From Octopus vulgaris (Eukaryota), in NCBI GenBank assembly GCA_951406725.2, contig OX597814.1, forward strand, positions 108,190,001 to 108,254,000: 64,000 bases of DNA, given 5' to 3'. Shown here piece by piece: positions 1-12,466 of this stretch. A model generated the notes under the pieces. That model saw only the letters and a list, made by a program, of their open reading frames with translations, was not told where the DNA came from and searched no databases. Each line of letters opens with the position of its first letter. Positions within the stretch are counted from its first letter, which is position 1. Position numbers and translations under genes: made by a program.

Positions 1-1000
1 TTGTAGGAAAGGTATAGGCAGGAACTCCATACAGGGTACCCAGTGCAAGTTATGGACAAACAAGAAGTGCAGTGGGTAAATTAGAAGTTTATCAGAGAAG
101 ATGGTTTTCATATGTGGAAGATGCACAGCATCCATAGAAACTTTAGAGACTCAGGAAATTGATTCTCTCAAAAGCTTTGGTGGCTCATTAGAGGTAGGAG
201 ATAATTTCTGCTACCTAGGGGACCAAGTTATTGGAGGGGAAGGATGCATGGAGAGTGTGATAGCCTAGAATAAGAATAGGATGGAGGAAATTCAGAGAGC
301 TTTCATCTCTGTTGGCTACGAAAGGTTTCTCTCTCAAAGGGAAAGGAAGATTGTATGATGCATGTATATGGAGAGCAATTCTACATGGTAGTGAGATGTG
401 GGCCCTGAATGCAGAGGACATGCAAAGGTTAAAAAGGAATGAGGCTAGCATGCTTTGCTGGATGTGTAATGTAAGTGTACACGTTCAACAGAGTGCTAAT
501 GTATTGAAAGAGAAGTTAGGTATAAGAGGAATTTGTTGCTGTGGGCAAAAGAGAAGAGTGTGCTGGTTAAGTCATGTGATGCAGATGGATGCCAACAGCT
601 CCATAAAAAAGGGTCAATCTCTCAAAATGGATGGAACACATGGGACAAAGTATTAAAGAATGCTCTCAGGACACTGAACCTTTCAGGCAAGATGACAAAG
701 GAACCGAGGTACCTGACACCTTGAGGTACGCAAAAAACCCCATACCCTGCAGTAGAAGTGTTAAGACCAGTCCCTCTGGTGATGTAAAGCACTTGCGGCA
801 GTGCCACATAAAAATCGCTATGTGGTGCCATGTAAGAGCACCCGTGTGGTAACACATAAAAGCACCCAACACACTCTGTAAGTGGTTGGCATTAGGAAGG
901 ACATCCAGCTGTAGAAACCATGCCAAATGAAACTGGAGCCTGGGGTAGCTCCCCAGCTTGCCAGCTCTGGTGAACGGATGTTAAATGATGATAAAGATGA
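1..1000 (+). mobile_element. Decayed RTE-clade LINE 3' portion (ORF C-terminus, 3' UTR and tail)
   Basis: Reading YLGDQV...RIRIGWRKFRELSSLLATKGFSLKGKGRLYDACIWRAILHGSEMWAL...RLKRNEASMLCWM (ORF 312-656 plus upstream, with stops and frameshifts) is typical of the RTE post-RT region. It ends in the recurrent tail ttggcattaggaagg..catccagctgtagaaac...gttaaatgatgat. Confidence 0.85.
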
Positions 1001-1418
1001 ATGGCATTATAGGGTAGGAGTGAGAGGCTGGATCTGGTCAATCTGAACATAAACAGGTAGAATATTTGGGCCAGACCCAGCCAGTTTGAATACTAAAGGG
1101 TTAATTAAAATCCTTGAAGGCAAAGCCCCAGCATGACCCCAGTAACGCAATAATATAAAAAGAAAGAGTACAGATTTACTTCTTGGGAATTTCCTTTACT
1201 GATGACCTGGTTCTCATAGCAGAACCTGTTGAAAGAAAAGTTCCAAACCTGAGAGAATGGTAGGGAGTCCAACATCTATAAAATCAACAAAAACTGGAAT
1301 GTGAAGACTCCATTAATAAAGGGCAGAGCATCTCAAGGACATGTGTGGACTAATGTTTGTTTTACATTAATCTGAAGGGTTACTCTATTCAGTTTATAGT
1401 ATAAATTTGTTATTCCTT

Positions 1419-1625
1419 AAGAATATTATTGGCAGTGACTTTGACAATGGCTTACCTGGCCAAAACTTTAGACTGTGATGCATTGAAGTTAATCTTGGCT
1501 TTATATAGTCTCTGTTGGGTTATTATGAGGAGGTGTTTTGGAGAAATTTTTATTAACCTCATGACATCACAGTCTGAGGGTGAACTACTGGCCAAAACTT
1601 CGAAGTCACTGTCAATAATATTCTT
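1419..1625. mobile_element. Degenerate fold-back element with a hammerhead-like motif (Penelope-like)
   Basis: aagaatattattggcagtgactttga (1419) pairs with tcgaagtcactgtcaataatattctt (ends 1625). An inner pair is tagactgtgatg..gaagttaat / attaacctc..catcacagtct. Confidence 0.65.
1569..1612 (+). ncRNA. Degenerate minimal type I hammerhead motif
   Basis: Stem I acagt/actgt; core CTGAGGG (vs CUGANGA); aaaa in place of GAAA; palindromic stem III ACTTCGAAGT; cleavage triplet GUC. Confidence 0.45.
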
Positions 1626-2729
1626 GTTTAAGAATTATATATATATATAAATGGCGGTGCCCCAGCATGGCCGCAGCTCATGAGCTGAAACTAAATAAAA
1701 TAAAATAAAAAATATCATCATCATCATCGTTTAACGTCCACTTTCCATGCTAGCATGGGTTGGACGATTTGACTGAGTGCTGGCGAACCAGATGGCTGCA
1801 CCAGCCATGTGTGTGTGTGTGTGTATGTATGTATATACCCTTGTCCTGACATCATATGATAGCTGTAAACAAGTATCATCATTATATAAGCAACATAGCA
1901 TGTTTCCTGTAAACAGGTGAAGGTCAGCAACAAGAAGGGCATTCTGCCATAGGAAATCTGCCTCAACAAATCCAGTCTGAGCCATGTAGGCATGGGGGAA
2001 AAATGGACACTCAACTGATGATGATAAACAATCCAAAAGCATCTCAAGAATACTCAGAGAGAACCAGGACTGAAAAATCATTCGGAAGGTGTTAAGAATG
2101 GTTAAGATGAGGGCCAACGAAGCTCATTAGTTAATCAGAAGATTCATTAAATATAGCAAGTTATTTATTATTTAGGTGATTGGTCAGTACTGGAGATTGG
2201 TGTAGAAGCATGGTTCTGTGGTTAAGTTTGTTTATCAATCACAGTTTGGTGTCCAGTTCCAGAGACTCAGAACCTCAAGTACACACACACACACGGTTCT
2301 GGATTCAGTCCTACTGCATGGCATGGATCACACAAAGCGTTGCACATAGATTTGGTAGAGGGAAACTGAAAGAAGCCTACTGTGTACACACACAAACACA
2401 CATGCGTGTGGGTGTTTGTGTGTCTTTGTCTTGACATATCATCATCATCATTATTTAATGCCCGTCTTCCATGCTGGCATGGGCTGGACAGTTTGACCAG
2501 AGCTGGCAAGGTCAGAGGCCACACCAGGTTCTCATAGTTGTAACATGAGCATCACTATTATGCATGAGATGTAATATTCTGTGAGAACATGTCTGGCTAT
2601 GAAGGGAGATAACTTTGCTTGGAAACAGGTGAGGGTTGGTGACAGGAAAAGCATCCAGCTATGGAAAATCTGCCTCAACCGCATCCAACTTATGCTTACA
2701 TGGAAAAGTAGATGTTAAAATGGTGATCA

Positions 2730-2910
2730 TACATACACACCACACATATGTACATACATGTACACACATATATATATATATATATACATATATATACACA
2801 CATATATACATGCATACACACACACATATATACATGCATACACACACACATATACATGCACACACAAATTTATATACATACATGCAAACATATATAGATA
2901 CATACATATG

Positions 2911-2944
<34 letters not shown>

Positions 2945-2996
2945 CACACACACATATACATATACACACACATATACATACACACACACACACACA
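2730..2996. repeat. Compound (CA/TA)n microsatellite
   Basis: Direct inspection; explains the HT/VC/YI-rich ORFs at 2636-3184. Confidence 0.95.
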
Positions 2997-3975
2997 TCAT
3001 TTTAACCTCCATTTTCCCATGCAAGCATGGGTCAGGCAGAATTTGTGGAGGTGAATCTTCCACAGCCAGACACCTTTCCAGTCACCAACCCTCACTCGTT
3101 TTCAAGCAAGGTTGTATTTCCTCATGGCCAGACACGTCTTCTCAGAATATCGGCAATGAACGACACTGCTTTCCATTACAGTGATACACACTGCCAAGAA
3201 CCATGATCATGCAATGTTACGACACGAAGAAACACACGCAATGATATTTATTCTGTTGGACTGAAACAATAACAGAGATTCTTACGTAATCCTTGCAAAA
3301 ACGAAAATATCGATAACATTGATGATAACGATCATCATCATCATACTGTTGGTGATGACAATCATGGTGATGATGGATGTAATGATGATGATGAGCCCCG
3401 ACAATGGATTCAAAACAAACTTTGTTAATCATTGTGAATAGGAAAGAGAAATATTGGTCGAGAAAGACATTTGTCTACAACAGTCATGAAAATAGGTGGA
3501 AAAACAGGAAATCTTGGCAATTAAAAGAGCAGTAAGATTACTGTTATTTTTATTATTAATTTTTCTATTATTTTTTTTATCATTGTTCTTGTTTTTATCG
3601 AGTTATTTTTGCTATTATTATTATCATTGTTGTTGTTGCATTGAGCAAGAGAAACAAGTTGTTTGTGATAACCGTGCAGCAAACTAATGCACTCAGGCGT
3701 TCTCTCCAACACGAAAATATAGATAAGAAAACACCAACAATGGATTTATCTAGAAAACAAAAACAAACAAACAAAAATACAACATAATAAATGGAATAAA
3801 GTTTAGTTTTTTAAAAAAATAAATAAATGGAGATTGTATGAGTTCATTAAAAAAAAAACAAATTGCAAGTTTGGATTGAAATAAAATAAAATGACAAACT
3901 ATACATAACTGTATGCATGCACATATGCTCAGGTATTGTGTATGCATTTATGTGTGTGTACATATATACACACAC

Positions 3976-4320
3976 AGGCGAAAGAGTGGGGTGTGTGTGA
4001 TAAATAGCTTGCTGACCAAACACATGGTTCTGGGTTCAGTCCCACTGTGTGGCACCTTGGGCAAATGTCTTCTACTATAGCCTTGGGCCGACCAAAGCCT
4101 TGTGAGAGGATTTGGTAGATGGAAACTGAAAGAAGCCTGTCCGGTAGCCACTACACACATTTTTTTTCTCTCCTTGTTTTTTCTGTGTCCCTTTCTGTAG
4201 AAGAGCGTAGGCTCAAAACGTAACAAAAAACTTTTTCTATTCCTGAGCTTTATACTAATACATCTGTTTGTTTTGTACACCACCTATCTTCGTCTTTTGT
4301 TTTTTCGTGAACTCTCCCCC

Positions 4321-4363
<43 letters not shown>

Positions 4364-4550
4364 CCGTGTTTGTCCCCCCAACATCGATTGACAACTGATA
4401 CTGGTGTGTTTATGTCCCCATAACTTAGTGGTTAAGCAAAAGAAATCAACAGAATAAGTACTAGGCTTACAAAGAATAGGTCCTGGGGTTGATTTACTTG
4501 ATGCCCCAGCATGATCGAAGTCAAATGGCTGAAACAAATAAAAGAAAAAG
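3976..4550 (+). mobile_element. tRNA-derived SINE, head B + tail D, interrupted by a hammerhead-like insert
   Basis: Head ...ggttcagtcccactgtgtggcaccttgggcaaatgtcttctactatagcc, then a central microsatellite, then tail ...ataagtactaggcttacaaagaat...ccagcatg...gaaacaaataaaag. Confidence 0.85.
4160..4320 (+). mobile_element. Short Penelope-like 3'-end fragment with a decayed hammerhead motif (4195-4222)
   Basis: ctttCTGTAGA-A-GAGC-gtag-GCTC-AAAA-CG-TA, followed by (TA)n. Homologous to 39855-40005. Confidence 0.55.
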
Positions 4551-6388
4551 AACACACAAAGTGTTTCATATACACACACCTAATGTTTCTAATACGTGTG
4601 AGTGTGTGTGTGCACGCGTTGACATGGCTGCGTGGTTAGAAATTTGTTTCCCAACCACATGGTTCCAGGTTCAGCCCCACTGTGTAGTAAAACCTGGTCC
4701 TCTATTACAGTCCCCCAGCCTGGATCTATAACAGACATTTGCCCAAGGTGCCATGCAGGGGTACTGAACCCAGAATCATGTGGTTGGGAAGCAAACCTCT
4801 TACAACAGTCATGCTTGATCCTGTGTTTCTATGAAAACAAAACAAAAAAACAGGATGGTCACAGATGGAATGTCTTTGCTAACAGGTCTATTGTATGAAA
4901 GTTGACCAGGAGCTGAACCACAGCAACAACCACCTCAAAGAGACCAACCAGTACAGGAGTGATTGGTGTGTTAATAAAGGATCTATTATCAGTTGTATAA
5001 TTGGTTCAACAACATTAAATTAAATTAATGATGCCAGATGTCAGGGGTTCAAAACCTCTGTATGGTACCATTGTTTATCACTAGATAATACTTTTGTCAG
5101 TGCCATCTGTTTAATAACCAGCAGCAGCATTCTTATTTTGGCTGACATTAATAAGGGAATCTAGCCAAATAATTAAATATAGATAGTACTTGAGCAGAAT
5201 GTTTAAATTTGGACCCCACCACCACCACCAACCGACCTACCATCCCATTCCAACACACACACACAATTATAGATATAGATGTAGTTTATTTTTTTCTTTC
5301 TTTTTCTTATTTCTTTATGAACAGCTGAAGACAAAAGTGACTGAAAGAGAAAGAGTAATAAAGAGTAAAATATTCCAGAAAATACTTTCCAATAATTTTT
5401 TTTTTGTCTGTTGAAGTTGCTGGAAGGCGCAAAACCTGGAGCTAAATCATTAGATTGGCAGCTTCAACATTTTGGTTTGAACTCCAAACACCTCCCTGTC
5501 TTCATTGACGGCTCCCTTTTTTTTGCTTTGAGAAAGAGAATCTCTCACAAATGAAATTAGTGTCTTTCACCGTCTGTTCGATGCCAACAAACCCAGAATA
5601 GTTTGCCAAGAAACAAACAAAAATGGAGAAGACAAGACAAAAGTAAACATTAATTAATACACAGTCATCAGTTGCTGTAGCAATGATCAAAATACTAACG
5701 AGCAATCAGCTAATCAGTTTAAATTCGTCTACCTCCAAGTGTGTAGACGGCACTTTGTACTGTTATTTATGCATGTTTCTACAGAGAAGTTTCTTTGTGG
5801 GGGTTGAATGTTACTGCAAATTCAGAGATTTGTATTGATTGGTGTGGGGGACTACTCTCTGAATCATAACTGTTCAGATGTAAACTGAGTTTTAGGAGTT
5901 AGTGAATGAAGGACAGTACCCATGACATTTGCAAGCCTGTCTCTCAGATTGGTAGGAGTAAATGTATGAAGATGAGGCAATGATGCAGTGCCCATGACAT
6001 TTCCAATCGATGTGATGAACCTGCAGTCATACCCTGACTGACAAGAGTGTTGCAGTTAATATCCAGCCTCAACATCTAAAGGCAGGGTATTAACGGAGTT
6101 TCACCAGAATGAGAGGTTGAAAAGACAAAGGACCAGTAACAAACTCTCCTCTTCAGCTAAGCTCCTTCAGAATTTTTAAGTTCCATTTAAAAAGGAAGGT
6201 GAAGCTGGAGAGGGAGATTGCACTCCACCTCAATAGATTTATTGGAAAGTGGGTGAATGTCACAAGGATATCCCTTACTCTACCAGTCTCTTTTGCTGAA
6301 CTTCTAAGTTATGGGACATGAACTAACCAACACCAGTTGTCAAGCAGCGTTGGGGGGAAAAAACACAAAGACACACACACACACACAC

Positions 6389-6608
6389 ACAAGGGGGTTC
6401 TGGGAAAATTTCTGGCTTTAAGTGTATTGTAAAAGGCCTAGTTGGAGGCCCAACCTTCCAAGTTCTTTTGCAGGGCTTTGAAAAACTGAAGGACTGCTGC
6501 AATAAGTGCGTAAATCTGAGAGGGATATATGGTGAATAAAATCATAATTTACTGATCTTCCTGTATTTTCTTTTACCCAAAGCCAAGAACTTTACAGCAC
6601 CCCCTTGT
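6389..6608 (+). mobile_element. Mariner-derived MITE
   Basis: About 30-bp TIRs acaagggggttctgggaaaatttctggcttt / aaagccaagaactttacagcacccccttgt. The interior encodes a mariner C-terminus-like GFEKLKDCCNKCVNLRGIYGE*. Confidence 0.8.
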
Positions 6609-6637
6609 GTGTGCGTGTGTGTGTATGTATATATATG

Positions 6638-6938
6638 TGGAGGCGCAATGGCCCAGTGGTTAGGGCAGTGGACTTACAGTCGTAAGATCGCGGTTTCGAT
6701 TCCCAGACCGGGCGTTGTGTGTGTTTATTGAGCGAAAACACCTAAAGCTCCACGAGGTTCCGGCAGGGGGTGGTGGTGATCCCTGCTGTGCTCTTTCACC
6801 ACAACTTTCTCTCACTCTTTCTTCTGTTGGCCTGCTCGCTTAGCCAGCGGGGTGGCATCATTTGAAGGCTAAAACAATGTGAAGCGCATTGTGACTAGCG
6901 ATGTGTAGCAACATCTGATAGCCTGGTCGATCACGGTA
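6638..6938 (+). mobile_element. Full-length tRNA-derived SINE
   Basis: A box tggcccagtgg, B-box-like gtttcgattcc. Its 3' part recurs in antisense at about 24670-24780 and 56885-56990. Flanked by microsatellites. Confidence 0.85.
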
Positions 6939-7218
6939 ATATCTATCTATCTATATATCTATCTATATATATACATACATACATACATACAAAGTAGGGG
7001 GGTTTAGTTCACAGGTGATCTAAACAATTAGGTATGCTAGCTAAGTGCTGTAACAGATTACCAGGGCTCCAAGTTTAAAGCCAAGATGGTAGTTATGGAG
7101 CCATTGCAGATTTATGATATAGCTGATATATAATTGTTAAAGAGGACAACAAGCGTTAAGGCAAGGCAAATATCTCAAATTATATACATTATTATTATTA
7201 TTGGAAAAAAAATTCAAA

Positions 7219-7274
7219 GTCTTGCAGTTGTTTCTGGGATATCCCAGAGTATGGGATATTCTGTCATCGGAGAC
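7219..7274 (-). ncRNA. Minimal type I hammerhead motif (left arm)
   Basis: Minus strand: gtct-CCGATGA-cag-aATATCCCA-tactc-TGGGATAT-ccca-GAAA-caactg-ca-agac. Confidence 0.55.
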
Positions 7275-7518
7275 AAATGGGGAAAATGAGAAGGGTATAG
7301 ATTAATGAAATGATGACAGAGGACAAGAGAAAAGGAATAAGGAGATGAAGAAAGAAGAAAAAAGAAGCATAAAAGTTCAATTTTCTGATTGTGTAAAAGT
7401 AAGTCCATAAGTCCTTTAGGTGCAATCGTTTTTTTCTTCGCTTCATCTCCCTACTCCTTTACTCTTGTCCTCTATGTCATCATTTCATTAATCTAAACCT
7501 CTCCCATTTTCCCTATTT

Positions 7519-7574
7519 GTCTGCGATGACAGAATATCCCATATTCTGGGATAACTCAGAAACAGCTGTAAGAC
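7519..7574 (+). ncRNA. Minimal type I hammerhead motif (right arm)
   Basis: Stem I gtct/agac; core GCGATGA; stem II tatccca/tgggata; GAAA; palindromic stem III ACAGCTGT; GUA triplet. Confidence 0.6.
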
Positions 7575-8334
7575 TTTGAATTTTTCTAATAATAACATGA
7601 CTTGAGATGTTTGCTTTGCCTTAACATTTGATGTCCTCTTTAACAATTATATATACATATATATATATATATACATATATACATATACATACATACATAC
7701 ATATACATACATACATACATATACATACATACATACATATACATACATACATGGTGGGCCTCTTTCAATTTCCATCTACTAGATCCACTAACAAGGCTTT
7801 GGTTGGCCTGAAGTTATTGTCGAAGTCACTTGCTCAAGGTAAGTATTATCATCATTATTTAAGGTGCTAACAGCAAACAAGTACATTAACTTTTTGCCAA
7901 TTAATGTAGGTTAATAGTAGATGAAGTGAATGAATAGCAGGACCCAGAAAGTACAATATACAAATTAGCTTTCATGAATTCTCATGGAAGTATTCACCCG
8001 ATTGCATGTGAGAGAGAGGAGGGGAAGAGAGAACTCGATGATTTGTCCACTCAGCTTGGGTCACCATAGCCATTTAACATCCATTTTCCATGCTGGCATG
8101 AGTTGGACAGGTTGACAGGAGCTGACAAAGGTAGAGGACTGCACCAGGCCCCAATTGTCTGTTTTCGCATGATTTCTACAACTGGATGCCATTCCTAATG
8201 CCAACCACTTTACAGTGTTACTGCATGTTGTTTATGTGGCATCAGCACAAGTGCTTTATAAATGATGATGAGGATGATGATGGGAGGGAGAGAATAAAGA
8301 ACAGAAAATATCTTAAGAAAAAAGAACACAGCCA

Positions 8335-8704
8335 CAGGAGTGGTTGTATGGTAAGTAGCTTGCTTCCCAACCACATGGTTCCGGGTTCATTCCCACTGCG
8401 TGGCACCTTGGGCAAGTGTCTTCTATTATATCCTCAGGTTGACGAAAGCCTTGCGAGTGGATTTGGTAGACGGAAACTGAAAGCAGCCCATCATATATGT
8501 ATGTATGCATGCATGTGTGTGTATGCATTTGACAACTGATGTCGGTGTGTTTATGTCCCTGTAACTTAGTGATTCAGCAAAAGAACCGACAGAATAAGTA
8601 CTAGGCTTACAAAGAATAAGTCCTGGGGTCTATTTGCTTGACTAAAGGCGGTGCTCCAGCATGGCCACAGTCAAAATGAATGAAATAAATAAAAGAATAA
8701 AAGA
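8335..8704 (+). mobile_element. tRNA-derived SINE, head B + tail D
   Basis: Same head and tail as 3976-4550 and 44643-45020. Confidence 0.85.
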
Positions 8705-9055
8705 ACAGTTTAAAACAAACCGGTAATTATAAAATTTAACCCCTGTGTAAATATAGATCGGAAACAAAGAACACAGTCTGCAAATGCTAAACAAAGAATA
8801 TTTACAATGGATCTGCCACCCTCTCGCAACATATATAATTCATTAAATTCAGTGTCAATAGTAAAGTTGAAATGTAAACAACCAAATAAAACAAACAAAC
8901 AAACAAGCCACAAAAATACTGAAGTTTGTCAACAAGAAGACTGTTTCTGTTTACAAAACGTGAAACTGGTTTGTAGAACAGTTTATGTGAACAGCACTTG
9001 TTTAATTGGTATTTATACAACACTGTGACATGAAGAAGACCCTGAATGCACGAAC

Positions 9056-9487
9056 AGGCACAGCCATGGTTGTGTGGTAAGAAACTTGCTTCCCAACCAC
9101 GTGGTTCCAGGTTCAGTCCCACTGTGTGATACCATGGGAAAGTGTCTTCTGCCATAGCCTCAGACCAACCAGAGCTTTGTGAGTGGTTTCATAGATGGAA
9201 TAGACGGAAACTAAAAGAAGCCCATCCTATATGTATGTATGTATGTGTGTGTGTTCCTTGTCTTGAACTCGCTTGAAGTTGTAGAGGAGTACCATTGTCA
9301 TACAAGCAGTGTCATTCAGTTCCTCTATTCTGCAAAATCCTGTCTGGTGACGGGGAAATATTACTTTTCTTGGAAACAGGTGAAGGTTGGTGACAGCAAG
9401 GGCATCCAGCTTTTAAAAAAAAATCTGCTTCAATTAATCCTGCCTGACCCATGCAAGCATGGAAAAGCAAACATTAAATGATGACGA
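9056..9487 (+). mobile_element. tRNA-derived SINE, head B + RTE-type tail H
   Basis: Head B, (TG)n, then ccttgtcttg...ggaaacaggtga..ggttggtgacag..agggcatccagc...catgcaagcatggaaaag...ttaaatgatga. Confidence 0.85.
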
Positions 9488-10005
9488 TAAGGGGGTGAGG
9501 TGGGGAAAGGGGGTGAGGGGGAAGAGAGAGGGGGGGCAGGAAAGAAAGGGAGTGAGAGAAGGGGAAGAGAATTTATTTCTGTCACAAAAGCTCACTTCTC
9601 TTGTAAAAAAAAATTTTTTTAAATAGAAACTGAATATTAAAGCAAGAACAGCATCTCCTTCAAGCACTTCAAAAGAATTCTTCAATATGTCTGCTATAAA
9701 TACTTGATGAAATCTAAAAACCTCAAAGGACTCTAGACTGCACTGGAAACAGAAAACATTAGAATTCTGCCCAATAAGCTGAGAGATTTTCAAAATACTT
9801 TTATATTTTATTGATATCATAGCTTTCTTCAGACTCAGAAAATATAGAATAAAAATGTTTTAAAAAGAAAAAAAATTCCCAAAGAACAGAGAAGCATTTA
9901 CCATTTTAGCTGATAGAAAATATGCTAGGATCCTTTTTAACTAAAAAGAAAAATGCAGATGAAAGTGGGGAAAAAAGAACAAAACATCTTGTAAGAGCTT
10001 AATTT

Positions 10006-10077
10006 TCAAAGAAATCCGTATTGACAAGTGACGGTGTTTGCTGTCCAATCCGTTGGATTTATCTGGAGATTGTTCAC
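10006..10077 (-). CDS. Candidate terminal coding exon (VNNLQINPTDWTANTVTCQYGFL*), host gene unknown
   Basis: Acceptor ttctgtgtcttatcgttatcag|G on the minus strand; non-repetitive, CpG-retaining sequence; T-rich downstream. No homologue recognised. Confidence 0.25.
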   Translation of the reverse strand: MNNLQINPTDWTANTVTCQYGFL

Positions 10078-11880
10078 CTGATAACGATAAGACACAGAAT
10101 ATTGCAGTAAGTATATTATTGTTGTATCCAAATATAGATTGGAACTAACAGACTTTATATCAATCTGTAAATATTTCTCCACAGGAGATTACATCATCAT
10201 CATCATCGGCATTGTCTTAACACTGATATTCCCTGCCTTAAGATCCTTCCTAATCTTATCTATGTGACTCAATCATCTAAGATATAACTTAACTTCATCA
10301 TAAACTATATTTGTTCTGCCATTTTATCTCATTGTCTACCAGCAACTCACAGGATTTAGTCATTGTAAGCATTATAAATGTCCATTCTGTGCTGGCGCCA
10401 CTTATAAAGCGCCTGTGCTGGGGCAATGCATAAAGTGCTGATGTTGATGCTATGTATAAAGTGCAGGTGCTGGTGCCACATAGAGAGCGCTGGTTCAGGT
10501 AAAAAAAACAAAAAAACACCCAGTACACACTGTAAAGTGGTTGGCATTAAGGAGGGCATCCAGCTGTAGAAACTTCGTTAAAGCAGACAGTTGGAGCTTG
10601 GTGCCACTCCTGTAAAACTGTCCAACCCATTTCAACATGGAAAACAGACATCAAATTATGATGATGATAATGTTCCAGGCTGGCATGGACAGTCTGAGAG
10701 GATCCAATGGGCCTGAAAAATATATCATGGTTCAATGTCTGCTTTGGCATGGCTTCTATGGCTGGATGTCTTTCTGATGCCAACCACTTTACATAATACA
10801 TTCGGTGTTTTTTCACCAGTACTCGTGAGGTCACCATGCACCTTGCAAGACTATAAACCCTGAGAGAAGCAAATTTTTGCTAGGAGAAGAGGGATCAAAG
10901 TATGAGGGAAAGGACCAGAACAACAGGAGTCTTGCTGTAGAGTGGCTATGTGACTATTCACATTTTGAAAGGGAGGAGGGTGGGAGTGACCAGGTGGAGC
11001 TAGGGAGGAATAAGATTAGGTATAAGATGAGGAGAAATGAGTAAAGAAGGGGGTTGCAAGAGAATATGGGAGTGGGGGTGAGAGACGGGGAATGGCTAAG
11101 GGGAGAGGAGGTAGGTGTAAAGACTGAAGAGTAGATGTAATGAATGATGGGTAAGTGGTGAGGTAGGACCATTGATGCATGGATTGGGGGAGGTAGGGCA
11201 GAGTAGGAGATGACTGACAGTATGGAGCAGCAGAATGATAATGATGATACAGTAGACAGGAGAAGTACAAAGGACAGATACTATATTTGGATAAGTTACA
11301 GGAGTGGGAGGGGGAGGAGAGAAAAAGGCAGGTATAGTACATGAGAACAGACATAAGATGGAGTAGGAGAAGAGATAATTTGATGACTCAATCAAAATTG
11401 ATTTTTTTTTGTCTATATTTAGTAATAATGACCAGTCAGCCATTTTGTTCCTGTAAAGACCATTTTTGTTTTTTCTTTCTTTTTTTTCAGATATATATTT
11501 CTAGAAAACATCTGCTATTTATTACAAAATACAATTGGAAAGAAAAGAGTTACCATTATAGATCCCAGCATATCTCACTAATTCAATCTTTCTTATATTT
11601 GGTAAAACTCTCAAGAATTATTCTGTTCCTTTTGTATTAAATACAATTACAGTTTCATGAAGTCCCCCCCCACACACACCTCTTGAGGTTTCCTAACACA
11701 TTACTCAACCAGATTCTATTACAACAGGAATGGCATAGAATCATTATCATCCAGAATTCCATGTTAAAATATTAAAAACAATAGGATATTGAATTCTGTA
11801 GCTGAAAATATCAAGAATGTTGTTAAAAGGTTGAAAGATAAGTACCACTGGGAACAATGTCATTACAGATTTTATATATT

Positions 11881-11912
<32 letters not shown>

Positions 11913-12466
11913 ATTATATAATGGAAGGAAGAACATGCCTATATTAAGATACATTTCATTCAAATCTTAAAAGTTGAAGCTAATGCATTAGTTTAGCATA
12001 TTTATTTGATACCATTGTTACGTGACCAAAGATTTCTTGTTTAAGCTTTACCACTTTAATACAGTGCCAAATATAGAATTTAAAAAGAAACAAAAGTGCT
12101 ATTCGGTGAAAAATCAATAAGTATTGTTTGTGTCAGTCTCTGTTGAACTAAAATTAATTTTTGGTCTGTGTGTGATGAGTTGTGATTTGAAACCAAATCC
12201 CTGGATACACAGTTAGATATCACAGGCAAGCCACCATAGTTTCATGTGGTTGGTCCATTAACCAACTAATCAGTGTGAAGTGATAGCATGGACCCCTGTA
12301 AAAACCCATTTGGCATGGATTTTACCTGTCAGTTGACCCAGGAAGGTGGCTAAGACAGATGGCACCATGAATATAGCACAATTCTTTCCAGTTATGTTGG
12401 GCAAGCTGCATATTACCATATCAATAGCTTTGTCTAAACTCCAATCACTATATTTCTCTCTCTCAA

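Larger units (their letters stand above)
7126..7655. mobile_element. Fold-back element (arms about 240 bp) carrying outward-facing hammerhead motifs
   Basis: tatataattgttaaagaggac..gttaaggcaa matches the reverse complement of ttgccttaac..gtcctctttaacaattatata. The arms align continuously to about 7370/7425. Confidence 0.85.

Noticed and set aside
2636-3184. Long ORFs rich in HT/VC/YI/RE/ND (also 25967-26333, 38234-38487, 47844-48210, 61967-62525)
   Set aside because: They are translations of microsatellites.
8710-8777. Minus-strand frame DCVL...QGLNFI resembling DCIL..QGLNYI of the 14813-14908 candidate
   Set aside because: The similarity needs a different splice phase and a gap; too short to separate from chance.
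10041-10112. + strand frame containing PLDLS (CtBP-binding motif) followed by a gtaagt donor
   Set aside because: In-frame TGA just upstream, with no AG acceptor or ATG between it and the motif.
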